From Rotaria socialis (Eukaryota), in NCBI GenBank assembly GCA_905331295.1, contig CAJNYD010000015.1:124001-188000 (forward strand): 64,000 nt of DNA, read 5' to 3'. Made by a program: the position numbers and the translations under genes. Below the pieces are notes generated by a model, which did not search any database, was not told the DNA's origin, and was given only the letters and a program-made list of their open reading frames with translations. Position 1 is the stretch's first letter. Every line of letters begins with the position of its first letter. Shown one piece after another: positions 13,443-25,799 of this stretch.

Positions 13443-16400
13443 ATTAAACAGAGATTTAGTATTTATTAATCGATTAATATATTGTAAAACGTCGTATAAG
13501 CCAGTTAAATATATATCGTTGTCGTCAATTTTTCTATGGATTCGAAGAGTTGTTGAATTTTTTAGTTTTACCCATTATACTATATTCTAATAGATATACT
13601 TTTTTAGTTAATAAGAGAACAATTAAGTTTATTTTCATATTCTATAATTCATTCTCATTAACACCTAGTTCTATGATTGGGATTTGTAACCGAAAATTTC
13701 AAGGTACGCAATTGAAGATTTCAATGCAGGAATAGAAATACACAAATAATGATCCTAATAGACAGTTTTTACTTGCTATTAATTATATCGATCATTTACA
13801 AGGTGAGCTACACGCCGAGACTCAGTGAGTCGCATCTCTGCCAATGATTTTCAAATTGTGGGAATAGATTAGTTTACTGTTTTGCGTATTATTCCTGTAA
13901 TAATCAATAGCACTGTTGGTGTTTCTTTTTGCAGAACACTAAATTTGTTATAGTGGCAGATCATTTTTTGTTATGCTCAATACTAAGCTTTAATTTATTT
14001 TCTATGCTTTTATAAAATGCTTGGCACAGATGTTTTAGTTTAACTCAAAACAAAAGTGGTTCCTTGAGGGTACTCTATTATTGGTGGTTGCATTAATGAT
14101 AAATTTTGAGTTTTCAGTGACAAACAAATAAGATGCTTACTTTTTTCTTGAAATTCTTTTAATACTGGATATACGATTTGAAACGCTGGTGATTTTTTTT
14201 ACTACTCATATACTTATACATTAAAGTCTAATTATTCTGATGATACCATAATAAAATTATCATAAACAAAACTTACCTAAATGAAAATCGAAGTTTTATC
14301 TAAAATTATCCGTCGTATACAGTAGAACTAGTGTTTTTCTCTAGGCGAATTAGTGAAAACTGATTTTTTAAAAAAATATATTGTATTTATACCTTTTGAT
14401 TGTTTTGCAAGAGTGTGTAATAAAATTCAATTCTAAATGATCGATTAAACACATTGAAGTTATTTTATGAAACTTTTGAATGGCGACCTATGATTCAATT
14501 AGTTATTGCTAGCGAAAGAGCCTTTCAAACGAATGAATACACATGCGATTAGTAGGGGTTAGACAACATGTACTACAGTTCTTAAGCATATCTATCACAT
14601 GTACAACAAAACTGCATGATTGATAAGCCCTGAAATCTAATATATTTATATATAAATGTCAGCAAGTCGAATGCTTGCTTAGGTTTATCGAAAATGTAAT
14701 CTAGTTCGGAATGATCTGTTCTAACGGATTACTTTCTGGAACTATGGTATTCAAACACTTTTAGTTCTCGATGTTTGAGAAAGGTACGTCTCAGCTCAAA
14801 AAATAAATCTCTGCTTAATTACCGGAGTACCAGGCCCAAAACAGAACGATGTTTTGTACGTTATATCAGCTTATATCAAAGAAATTATACTAATAGATCT
14901 AATGATATGATCTGATCTATTTTATCTTTGAATGAGCAAAAATAACTGGTGTCTGTCCTATGTATTTATCGCCTTGCTCTTTCGATATACTAATGCAAGA
15001 ACGAATTCCGTTCTCTTCATTTATTCACACATATGCGTACCTGTTTTTGGTTCGAACAACAATATGTCTAGCTTTTGAAGTAGTAAGTTTGACGAAAGAA
15101 AATGAAATACTAGAGAGAAGAAGAACAAAAGGATGAGGTTTCTTGATCGCTCGAATAAAGGTGAAAACATCCCATTTGATTCTTTCATCTTTATTACTAT
15201 GACTGGCATAACTTCAACCCGATCAAGAGACTATTGTTTGATGATGATGATTTTGTTGTCGACGAGATATTTATTACTTCCATTCAAATGTCTTGTTTTC
15301 CTATAACCTTTATTTCGCTCTTCTTTGTTTCGATAATAGACAGAGATATAACACGCAGCAATATAAGCAAATACACTTGTGCATGTCAGAATGAATAGCG
15401 AAAAAATGAGATTCATCTCAGTGCTATTTTACGTAATTTTTCTTTTTTTTACTCTGTCCAGTTTTATTTGCCATGAACATATACAAATGAATTAATAATT
15501 TTATAAATAATTAATAGATTAGTAAGAGCAAAATATATTTTGATCATTGAATGAATCAAAAACCGAGACGATTAAAATGGCATCAAATGCTCTTATGAAT
15601 ACGATAGAAGCTTTCCGATCTTATTTCATCCAGATACAAACATCCAATCAAAGTACTTATGTTTAACCACACGACTAGCATAGAAAACTAAAAACAATAA
15701 AGCGTTTCATCGAAAGATAATGTCAGCATATTTTATAGAACTTTGATTTCCAGTTAGATGATTTTGATGATAAAAAAAATGCTTACCTCTGTTTAACATG
15801 TCTCGATGTCTGTTTCAACTATCAATTGTTATGTCATTGATCTACTGCAAGTATCAACATGCATATGTGATTTATCTGCATAAACGATGAATGATGTTGA
15901 TGATATCTCATGAAAGATGATCAAGTGAAGATTAACAAATATTGTTTAATTTTTCTTCTTCTTATGATGCATAGTACTAGTAGAATGTGAACATTTTATT
16001 TGAACATGAATGCCTACGTTCAGTTTCTCGATCGTATGTTCAATATACATCAGATACATGAAAGTGAAACTCATACAATCTTCTAGGTAATTAATTAATT
16101 GCATTCTCAGTAGTTTCTGAGAGCGAATTTGTTTTTCTTGTATAACTTGTTATATGGAGTAGTACCTTCTGGTTTACCATTTATATTGTAATCATTGTTT
16201 AACAAAATAGATAAATTTGCTAAGTAGCTATATATATATAGATAGTTTCTCAGAATAAAAAAAAAGCTTCATTATATTTTTTTCGTTAATCGATTATCGG
16301 ATTATAGTCTTTCTGTTTTGTCTTTCGAAGCATTTACGATGTGCTTAATTGAAAATGAAAAGAATCAAAAATTGACTTGTACAAAGCTTGCTCTGTTATG

Positions 16401-16971
16401 TTTGTGTACAACACAATAACATATGAATGCAAGGGTGAAAAAGTTGATTTAACTCAGCTAAAAATCAAAATCGCTTTAAATCAAAAAATCAGCTTAACTC
16501 ACAAAATTATAGATCAGCTTTTCCCTCCTTGTATGAATGTATATATGTGGTCATCTTAACAAGTATAACAAAAAAAAAAGATCAAAACATTTTGTTCGTG
16601 GCTTGTATTGATCATTTAATAAAAAGAGTGAAATCAAAATTTTCTTATGAAAAGTTACTTTTTATTTTTAATAAAATACAGCAAATGTCTGCTTTTGGGA
16701 AACTATTTAATGCAAAACACCAGAGCCAAGTTCATATCTATTTAATTAATTTAGCACAATGGCAATCATCTAAGGAACCATTTCAAAGTGACTTAAAGAA
16801 CTTAAATTATATACTTGTAGATTCAATATACGAATATTTCGTGCGTTTACTAAAATCGAAAAAAAACTATTTATATCGAGATATATTTTATTAGCAATAT
16901 CTATTTGAATTTTAATCTAATAAAGAAGAAGTTTAAAGAGCCAATAATAATCATTGAATAGGTCACGTATA

Positions 16972-17653
16972 TTAAATTTTGACACCTTTGCATGCTTCTT
17001 GAATACGTCGAGCAACATCAGTGAAACCGACTTTTGTATCAGATCCATCACTGAGTGTACCTGCTTCTCCATGAGGAGCATAAGTTAAATTTTGTTTACG
17101 TAAATTGATAGCAAGACATTTAACCTCTGCAACTTTTTCACCTTCTTCTACAAAGATATATTATATATGAGTAAAATGTATTCTTGTCTGGATTATAAAT
17201 AAACTTACTAGTAAGACAAATTTTATTGCAGATTAATCTCTTTCCCGTTTTATCCATAATGACAAATGTAAGTTGTTTACCAACGTTGGCTGCATTAAAT
17301 CTTAGCGCTTTGGATGGATCTGCTACTGGTTCATAAGAACCTTTGATTGATAATTTAATGTCACATTGCTTAGCAATATTATCAATTATTTTCAATGTTG
17401 GAGCAAAATCTTTGTGTATATGAATAATATCACCAACAAAATTTTTTCCTTTACCCTTAACAATCATGCATTTTTCTAAATAAATAAATGAATAAATGAA
17501 ATAAAGTAACTGAATGAATTAGATTTATACAACTGAACCTTTCTTCGGTGCTTTCGTGTGCCCAGATGTATCATTTTTTTTAGAAAAAAGAAAACCTTCG
17601 CTACCGAGAACATAAACAATAAGAACTAATGATAGAATAATGATTGACTTCAT
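16972..17653 (-). CDS. Secreted basic protein resembling invertebrate M15/LAS (D-Ala-D-Ala peptidase-like) proteins, with apparent catalytic residues missing; 3 exons
   Basis: Signal peptide MKSIIILSLVLIVYVLGSEG; core NFVGDIIHIHKDFAPTLKIIDNIAKQCDIKLSIKGSY...ICNKICL...EVKCL; stop at 16974-16972. The gene model is well supported; the family call comes from recalled motif spacing. Confidence 0.7.
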
Positions 17654-20106
17654 TGTTGAATGATGTGAATAAGAATATTTTATTTCATTATATAGTTCGA
17701 TGTGTTTCTCTCTATGAAACATATGCTTGACTGACAAGATAACGCTACACTCGTGTTTATTAATGATGATTTTTATTTTTGTAGCTAGTCATTTCAATTG
17801 AAGCTTAGAGAATTTGATAGCAGCGAAAATGAAATCAACAACACATGTCATGATCACTTTCAACCGCAATCAGGTTATGAAGTTTCAGTTGTTCTCGAAT
17901 GCAGGATAAAACAGTGAGCGTTGATCTATTGATTTTATGCAAAAAAAAAAGTGCTGTGTTTTAACCGAATTTCATAATTCTTTAGAGAAATATTATTACG
18001 CAATCACACGAAACTTGTATCGTACTTTACCAAGAGAAGTTTAGTATCATAAACCAAAGTTTGTTTTAGAATACGAGACTTGCTGCTAAGGAATAGTAGC
18101 GACGTAAAAAACGATCAGCCTCATTCACTCTCAACTATTAATAGTTGCGGTTCTCGATGGTATTCTTGACAATTTCAAAGGCTCAATCAGTTATTTTACA
18201 TTTAACTGAGACACATATGATTCAATGTGATTGCTAACAACTATTTCAGCTTCATCGTTATTTAGATTTCTCTTATCATTTCAGTTATCTTTTATATCAG
18301 AACATATAAAAAGAATTTCTTTATTATTTGAAATAAATTCATAACTTGTAGAAAAGTTACGTTAGAAAAGATTACCAAGTAGCTCATAGGTTTTCAAACG
18401 TAAACTAAAACAATTTAAATTTTCAAAAAGAAACTATTATCAAAAATTGAACTGTAGAAAATATATTCATCTCATACGGATGATAATCGAAAAATCTTTT
18501 ATTTTCATCACTCGAATCGTAATTATATGCCTATTAACTATTGATCAGCCAGCACATAGTAAAACTTCTCATGTAAAGATTTAACACAATCAAACTTACA
18601 CATGGAATATGTAAAAAAAGAAAAATTTGCATGTCTACTTGATGTATTACAAAAAAATAATGCTACACAAGTATTTCAGTTTCTTTTTCCATATTCATTT
18701 TGGCTAAAGTGCACCAAATGATTCCCATTCTGAGTCTTGGAACAAACAAAATCGATGCTATAGTTAAGAAAAATATAGGTAATATATTTAAAAAAAACTA
18801 CACAATAAAATATGATCACTAAATGTTTCTCAATGATATTTTGCAATATCATGTAATGAAACATCTAATGATAGTAATCTTACAAGCAACTCTACACTAA
18901 TAAGTATTCTATGCAGATGCACAAGATACTACATTTTAACGAGAAAATAGTAAGATATGAGTGCAAGATTTAGCTTATGAACCGTACAATAATATAGAAA
19001 TAAGTTAAGTCTATAGATCATTGTTAGCTGCATCGTTATTATTCTAGGCAGATATTTCTGATAGACTCTTCTCGACCGATTAAGATTGTTTCAAAATTTA
19101 TATACTATCTTATTCCTAAATAGCAAGATTAATACATTGAAACTAAATTTCATGAGATCTATCTTCTGTTTATCTTTATTATTTAAGATTCAGACTAGAA
19201 GAATATTTTCTTCAATACGGCAACATGCAAGATCGATTGGCAAGTCCACTCAATGACTGACTAAACTAAAAGATCATACAAGAATTGTGCGTCTGCAATT
19301 TTAAAGTAGTATCTGGTGGCTTCTATGAAGTGAACTTCTCGGAATATGATACTGTGCTTGAAATTTTCTTAATCTAGATAGTAAAAGTTGTTCACGAATA
19401 GTAAAAAATGAGCTTTTTATAGAAACCTAATTCAATTTCATCGTAGAACTCTTGCCTTCATGTAACAACACATGACATCTCTTTCACTTTTTTGTTTGAA
19501 TTTAAATCTATAATGCATGGTTAAGTTTCACTTTTTTCGGTAAGAGAACTATAAAAAAATTAAATAATTAATTGAATTAATGTTAAATAAAAGGATATTA
19601 CCTTGTCGCTTAATAATATCAGATCATAACATCAAAATATCGTTTATGTAAATGAAAAGAATAACATGACCTTTATTAATATCTTTCTTTTTCGATCTTT
19701 TAGCTCATCTGATCGAAGAAACCTTTAGCAATTCATATTTTATTATTTATCGAATTTTATGAGGTAGTTTAGATTTTAGAAATATGTTTTAATAGCATTG
19801 TCTTTCTATAGCTTGATAATTAGCCACTTTCAAAAATGAATCAATTCTATACAAGCCGCTTTTGTAAATTCTATTGAGCTCTATTTGCTAAACGAACATA
19901 GAAAATTCGCAAGTTTTTCATAAAGAGAAATCATATATTTTCATTTCTTATTGTATATATGTGGCTGCTTGTTTTTATTTATTGATGGTATAGAAAAAAA
20001 AACGGCAAAGAAAAATTCATCGATGACGATGACAAAAAAAACGAGATAAAAAGACACAATGAATGTTACTGATGTCCAATATTCGTCTTTTTTAAGTTAA
20101 AATATT

Positions 20107-21277
20107 TTATTTCTTTTTCGATTGGGTTTGTTGAGGTTGTGCTTGAGTCTTTTGTTGTTTTTTCTCTTTACCGCTGTCCTTTTTTGGTGCTGGTTGTTGT
20201 GGTTGTGAAGCTGGTACTGCAGCAGGTGCTTGAGCTTGTTGTTGAATAGCTTGTTGAACAGCTACATTTGTATCATCATCGTCTTGTTTGCCCAAAAAAT
20301 CAATCTGTTTTTGACGAATACGTTGTTCACGTCGGTTGCGTTTTTCTTTTGTACGTTCCCGACGGGCAACAGCTTGATCCGAGAGCATCTTAGTACGTTG
20401 TACTTCAGCCTTCTTCTTATGAATGAATTCCATTAATACACGTTTGTTTTTGAATACGTTACCTTTACATTTCAAGTAAAGCTCATGATATCTAAGAACA
20501 AGAAAAATCATTTCTCTATTTTGTGTATTCTATGCATAAAATAACTTACAAATGACGATCAATTTTTTTTGCTGCACGATATTTTTTCAATAAACGACGT
20601 AAAACACGCATACGACGGATCCAAAGGATCTGAATTAAAAAGTGATCATAGACCAAGTAAAAAGGGCAGCAAGAAAATTTTACTAACCTTAGTTGGCATA
20701 CGTGCGTTGGCTGTACCTTTTCGTTTACCATGACCCATATGTCGACCTTTACGACGAGCTTCATTGTTTTTGCGTGTACGAAAACGTGAATGTACAGCTA
20801 CTGGTTTTTTGATAATTAAACCATCTTTAATCAATTTACGTACGCTTTGTCCTAATTAAAAGAAAAAAGACAAATGCTTAGCATAGCTCAATAATAATAT
20901 TGTTGTTTTTTTTTGTTCAGGTTATTTGTTTTCTGTTGATCAAATATCAAAAGCAACAAAAGTATAAGACAAACAAAACTGATAATTTATGATATCCCCT
21001 TCGTGTGTATCGATCAATGCTATATGCGCAATAAAATATTATTACATCAAAAACCGATGATTGTTGAAGGGCCAGGACGAATGGATATGTTGAGAAAAAA
21101 TAACTTACTTGTGTTGGCGTTGGCAATTTCATTAGCTTCGTTAGGATCGAGCCAGATCTTTTTATTACCACAACTTAAGATTGACGACGCGAGCCGCTTT
21201 TGTACTCGGAGCGAACTAGTATAGACAAATAATAAATCAAGTTTATCGAATGAAATTAGCGTATTTTTCTACCTCAT
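20107..21277 (-). CDS. RPL19: 60S ribosomal protein L19 (eL19), 5 exons
   Basis: [85 protein letters not shown]. Confidence 0.99.
20911..21088 (-). ncRNA. Candidate intronic H/ACA snoRNA in RPL19 intron 2
   Basis: In an unusually long (~257 nt) intron: 5' hairpin atatcc-attcgt/acgaag-gggatat, hinge containing AAATTA (ANANNA), 3' hairpin tcag..ttgtttgt/acaaataa..ctga, then ACA plus 3 nt. Confidence 0.6.
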
Positions 21278-21736
21278 ATTTTTTCAATATGATGAATCTC
21301 TTATATGTTTTTTCTCGAAAAGCACCAATTTCGTAAGTTTGAACAGGGTCGTGACACAAATTTTTTCCGAAATTCTCATTGGTCCGACATTCTGTTATTG
21401 TATGGATTTATGAAATTGAGGAGGATTCAAAGAAATAATATCGTTTTCAAATTTTCAATATTTTGAGATTAATTTATTGATATTCATTAGAATTTAATCG
21501 ATAATTTTTATTGAAATAAATTCATCGAATTTTAATTTATTAAAACTATTCATGATTGGTTGAAAATTCACCAATCGTGATACACTGAACACGGACAGTC
21601 GCAATCTATCAGTCTCTCTCAACAACCGTACCTTCTCAGCTATAAAATCGCTAAAAAATAGAATTACCGAAAACAAAACATAAATTCAATACTTGCACTT
21701 TTGTCTGGAATTTTTGTAGGTTGAAATACCTTGCAG

Positions 21737-21857
21737 GTTTGTGATGATGGATATTTCATAAGAATTCAATGGTATACTGTAAAATAGGAGCATATAGGAG
21801 CAGTACTTATTACTTAAATGATTAGTATTTTGCTCAATAATGAACCTGATTGAAAAC
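21737..21857 (+). ncRNA. Candidate box C/D snoRNA
   Basis: C box GTGATGA at 21741-21747, D box CTGA at 21846-21849, short terminal stem gttt/aaac; no target recognised. Confidence 0.3.
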
Positions 21858-22288
21858 ACATAAAAAAGCGTTAGATTAAATTCTCTTCGTGTCAAGTGGA
21901 AATAAAGCAAAATCTTTTCACAATTAAAATGAAATACAATATATGCTAAGAACCGTGATCATATTTTAGTTCTTCTCATCATGTGAATTTCCTGTACGCA
22001 AAGTTATCGTTCACACAAGCTTTGTTACATCAGCTACGTATGTGCAAATAAATAACTGTCTATAAACTAGCAGAAAAACACCGAATAATCATTATTCCAT
22101 TACTTTGACTACTATTTGAAAAACGAATATCTTTTTGAAAATTGACACAATGAGCATTGATATGCTAGAAACCTAGCAGTTCTCGATCTTATAGTTTACT
22201 TATGCATCTATGGAGAAAAAAACTGCTGATTTATAACAGCGATTAGATTAGGTCAAATTCAATGTTGAGATAATGTTTTCCTTAGTCG

Positions 22289-22363
22289 ATAGTGATGAAA
22301 AGCATTATCGTACACCGCTCAGTTTCATATTTTAGAGAATATCACTCAGGTGTAGTCTGAAGG
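22289..22363 (+). ncRNA. Candidate box C/D snoRNA with an LSU rRNA-complementary guide
   Basis: C box GTGATGA at 22292-22298, D box CTGA at 22357-22360; actcaggtgtagt just before D can pair (2 G-U) with the conserved LSU segment ACUAUGCCUGAGU. Confidence 0.45.
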
Positions 22364-22761
22364 TGAGAGATAGAACCAGTGTAGATTTTTCAAAATTTAA
22401 ATCAAGTCTACATCTGACATAGGAGAGATACATAAGTAAATGTCGAATGGATTGAAAAAAAACTAGTCTTATTTTCAATTAATAATTATGTAACATAGAG
22501 AGAAATATCATTTGTTTGCTTTTAATATCTGAATCATGTTTAGTTTTGTTGTCGTTCTTGGAAGTTCATGATCTTACATCATAGCATCATCGAACGAATA
22601 ACTATTCTGCTGGATATAGTTACATGGTATTGAGTTGAATTATTGTGAAAACTAATGAACAATAATGTTCTTGATTTCAGTGTTTATCTCATTTTATTGA
22701 ACAGATTAATTTTTGTTTTAGTAGTTGTCACAAAAATATAAAGAACAACAAGAAACAATCA

Positions 22762-25246
22762 TCACAGAACTTCTTCAGTTGGTGAATCTTCATCAGATTT
22801 TGTCTAATTATAAAAATGAAAATAATCAGCTAATGAATTTCATCAATATCTATTTAGATCTCACTTGTTTTTTGTTTTGTATTGAATCATTGTCCTCGCT
22901 AGAACGTTTTTTCTTTGCTACAGCTTTGCCTATTGGTCCCCATCTGGCATGAGGATTACCCATAAAACGTATTAATTTATTTTTTCTAGCTTCAGACTCC
23001 CAATCGGGATGTTCAGTAAAATCTACTTGAATTGTTGAGGGCTTAGTTAGTAGACGATAATAAGGCGATTCGGTGTTTAATCGTTCTGTACTCGCACGTT
23101 TTGTTGATGATTGTTCAGCAAATGCACGCATTATATCCCAAATAACATGATGCGGTGCATTCGTTTTTATAGAATCTTGACGAGCATGAGATGTTGATAC
23201 ACGATAACCAGCATTTAATAAAGCTGATCTAAAAGAATAAAAACATGGTAGTTTTATTTAGAATCAATAAAAGGGACAAATATAATGATTACTTGATGGC
23301 TTTATTTTGTGGAATATGTGTATGCATGACACGAGCAAGCTTTCCATTGTCGAAATATAATGGATCAGGTAGTTCTTCTTTTACAACATATAACATACTT
23401 AACATACGATCTCGATAGGCATAACTGAATAAACGAAAGTTAATATTAAGTAATCTTTCTACGTAGAAATGTATTTTGTGTTACCTATCGTCAGGTGCTT
23501 GTTCAATTGATGTAATAAGTTCATTAACAAAAGAATGATCAAATAAAGGCCCAAGCCATATTGGACCACCAACTCGAAGACTAAATGTATATGTGAGAAA
23601 AAAAAATGAGCTAGAAATATTTAAATGATCTTACTTCGACTCACAATGTGAGCAATGCGTGCCTACTGGGGGTCCATGTGCATATCTAAATTTCGCATTA
23701 CCACGCTCATCAAGTGATGCTTGTCCGTAGCGTTGAAAAAAAAATGATGAACAGTAAGTGCAATTGTATACTGTTGCAATGTCACCTGAAATTTTTCGTT
23801 TTGAACGACTTCACAAATAGAATCTATGACAAACCTAATTGACTTTGAGCTTTAGCAGAGCCATAGCTGATACGTACGAACAGGCGTACATAAAAGTCAA
23901 TAGACATACATAATAATGGTTCAATTATTCGATCATAACGAGCAGCTTGCAAATGTAATGCATAGAGTATCATACGAAGTGCGAACTCATGGCAAAACGG
24001 TTCATGTAACGGTATTGATCCGTATTTGGAATAGCAACTTCAAAGAAAGTTCAACTTATTAAAAAAAAAGTTTAATCTTTCATTTTACCTATGAGGATTA
24101 TTCCCACATAATGATGCCATATCAGTAGCTAGATAGAATAATGAAAGACAAAATAGAACATTTGAAAAATTGTTTTTTTTTCATTACACTACCTGTTACG
24201 CAAATAACACCGTTCTTTTTTATACATTGTACTGCTCCGTCTGTACATGTAAAACTGGATAAGTTTATTAAAATTAAAATTGAGAAAAAATAACAAAGAA
24301 TAATATTTACCTAGAAATTGCCCTGGTGTACCATATGGATCTAAATCCACAACATGAAATTGATTATCTGATTTACGGTGACTATATAATAAATTCATAG
24401 CATCATCATGACTTGCTTGCACAAGATGTTTTACATCATTTAATTCGATATTCTGTTTTATTGATTCGACTGCTCCCGCATCAATATCATTTGCATAGAT
24501 TGTATCAATGCCTAGAATTATAAAATATAGGCAAGATTATTAATTTCATAAACCTATGCTACGAGTCCAACATATCTTAGCAAAATTAAAAAACAGTATT
24601 CAAAAGCAGTTACTCGATGGTCTCAAAGGAAACTAATAAAAACAAACTTGAACAAAAAATTCTTTGCGAAAAAAAGATTAAAATTGGTCAATTTTTATGA
24701 ATTAAAAAAAGTAACTAATCATTTACAAGTGAACATTTAGGCATAAATACTTTAAATAATAACCGTTCATTGACTCGATTTTACTCTAAAATATTTTCTA
24801 TGTTTTAATCTTTGATTTATCGTCATACCTGGAATTTCACGTGCATATCGAATAGATCGAAGTCCTGTAGCTGATAATGCTTCAGCAATTTTTAGTCCAT
24901 TTTCTTGTCGTACACCGGCTGGCAATTCATCAAATGATACACAAGCTGCATTTGGATCAGTCTTCTTAATTCTTTTACATTCATTTTCATGATGATATTT
25001 TGACACAAGACGAAGACAAGCAACACTTAAATCACGATTGAATACTTGAGCTGGATTATAGAAAACAGCACCCTCTGGTAAACGAATATTTGCTTTTCCT
25101 TCTTTCACTTGTACACTATCAGTCATGATTGTCGAAAGTGAATAATCTTCGTTGTCGTTAATAGCAACAGTTGATAATCTACGATTAAGAATTGATGTGC
25201 GTATCAAGAAGAAATTAACACGTATACGTGATAAATAAGTGATCAT
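22762..25246 (-). CDS. TRMT1: tRNA (guanine26-N2)-dimethyltransferase, multi-exon
   Basis: VFYNPAQVFNRDLS, EALSATGLRSIRYAREIPG, VVDLDPYG, TDMASLCG, HEFALR, SIDFYVRLFV, GGPIWLGPL, SIKTNAP, NPHARWGP; stop at 22764-22762. Confidence 0.97.
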
Positions 25247-25799
25247 ATATAAAAGAAAAAAAAATTCTACAGAAAAACAAAATAAAACCAATGAGACGAT
25301 GTCTCAGTAAGAAAAAAAGAGCTCATATAGGCCATGTTTTTTCTTGCTTAAATAAACATTGGTTTTTCACACAGTTTTCAAAGTCTGTCTGTACTATTGT
25401 ATAATATATAATCGATCATTTCTTCTTGATTGAATTTCAATATCCAACTTTTTTTAATTTATTTGCTTAAATTTATCACTTTGCACTAATATCTGATAAT
25501 GGAATATTCATAATAATCATGCGACATATTGATTTTTCTCGTCATTAACAAGAAACACTTATCTAGCAAGTTGACTGTTTTTATAATGTCTAATTTAAAC
25601 AGGACGTATCGTTCTTATCACCAAAATTTCCCGGAGATTCTGAGTAGTAGCAAGAAAAACAAACGCAAGATCAAACGACGAAAAATTTATTTAACGTCGT
25701 TTGGACAATAACATCAATGAAAACATTTCCTTCGCTTATTTTCGTTCATAGAAATCAAAAGTTTTATAAATCAACAGAAAAGAAAGAAAAGTATTATTA

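Noticed and set aside
13797..14300. Possible DNA-transposon end (aggtgagctacacgccgagac...)
   Set aside because: Partner TIR and TSD not identified.
22154..22435. Telomerase RNA or U17/snR30
   Set aside because: No CCCACA-type template and no AUAUUCCUA/AAACCAU motifs.
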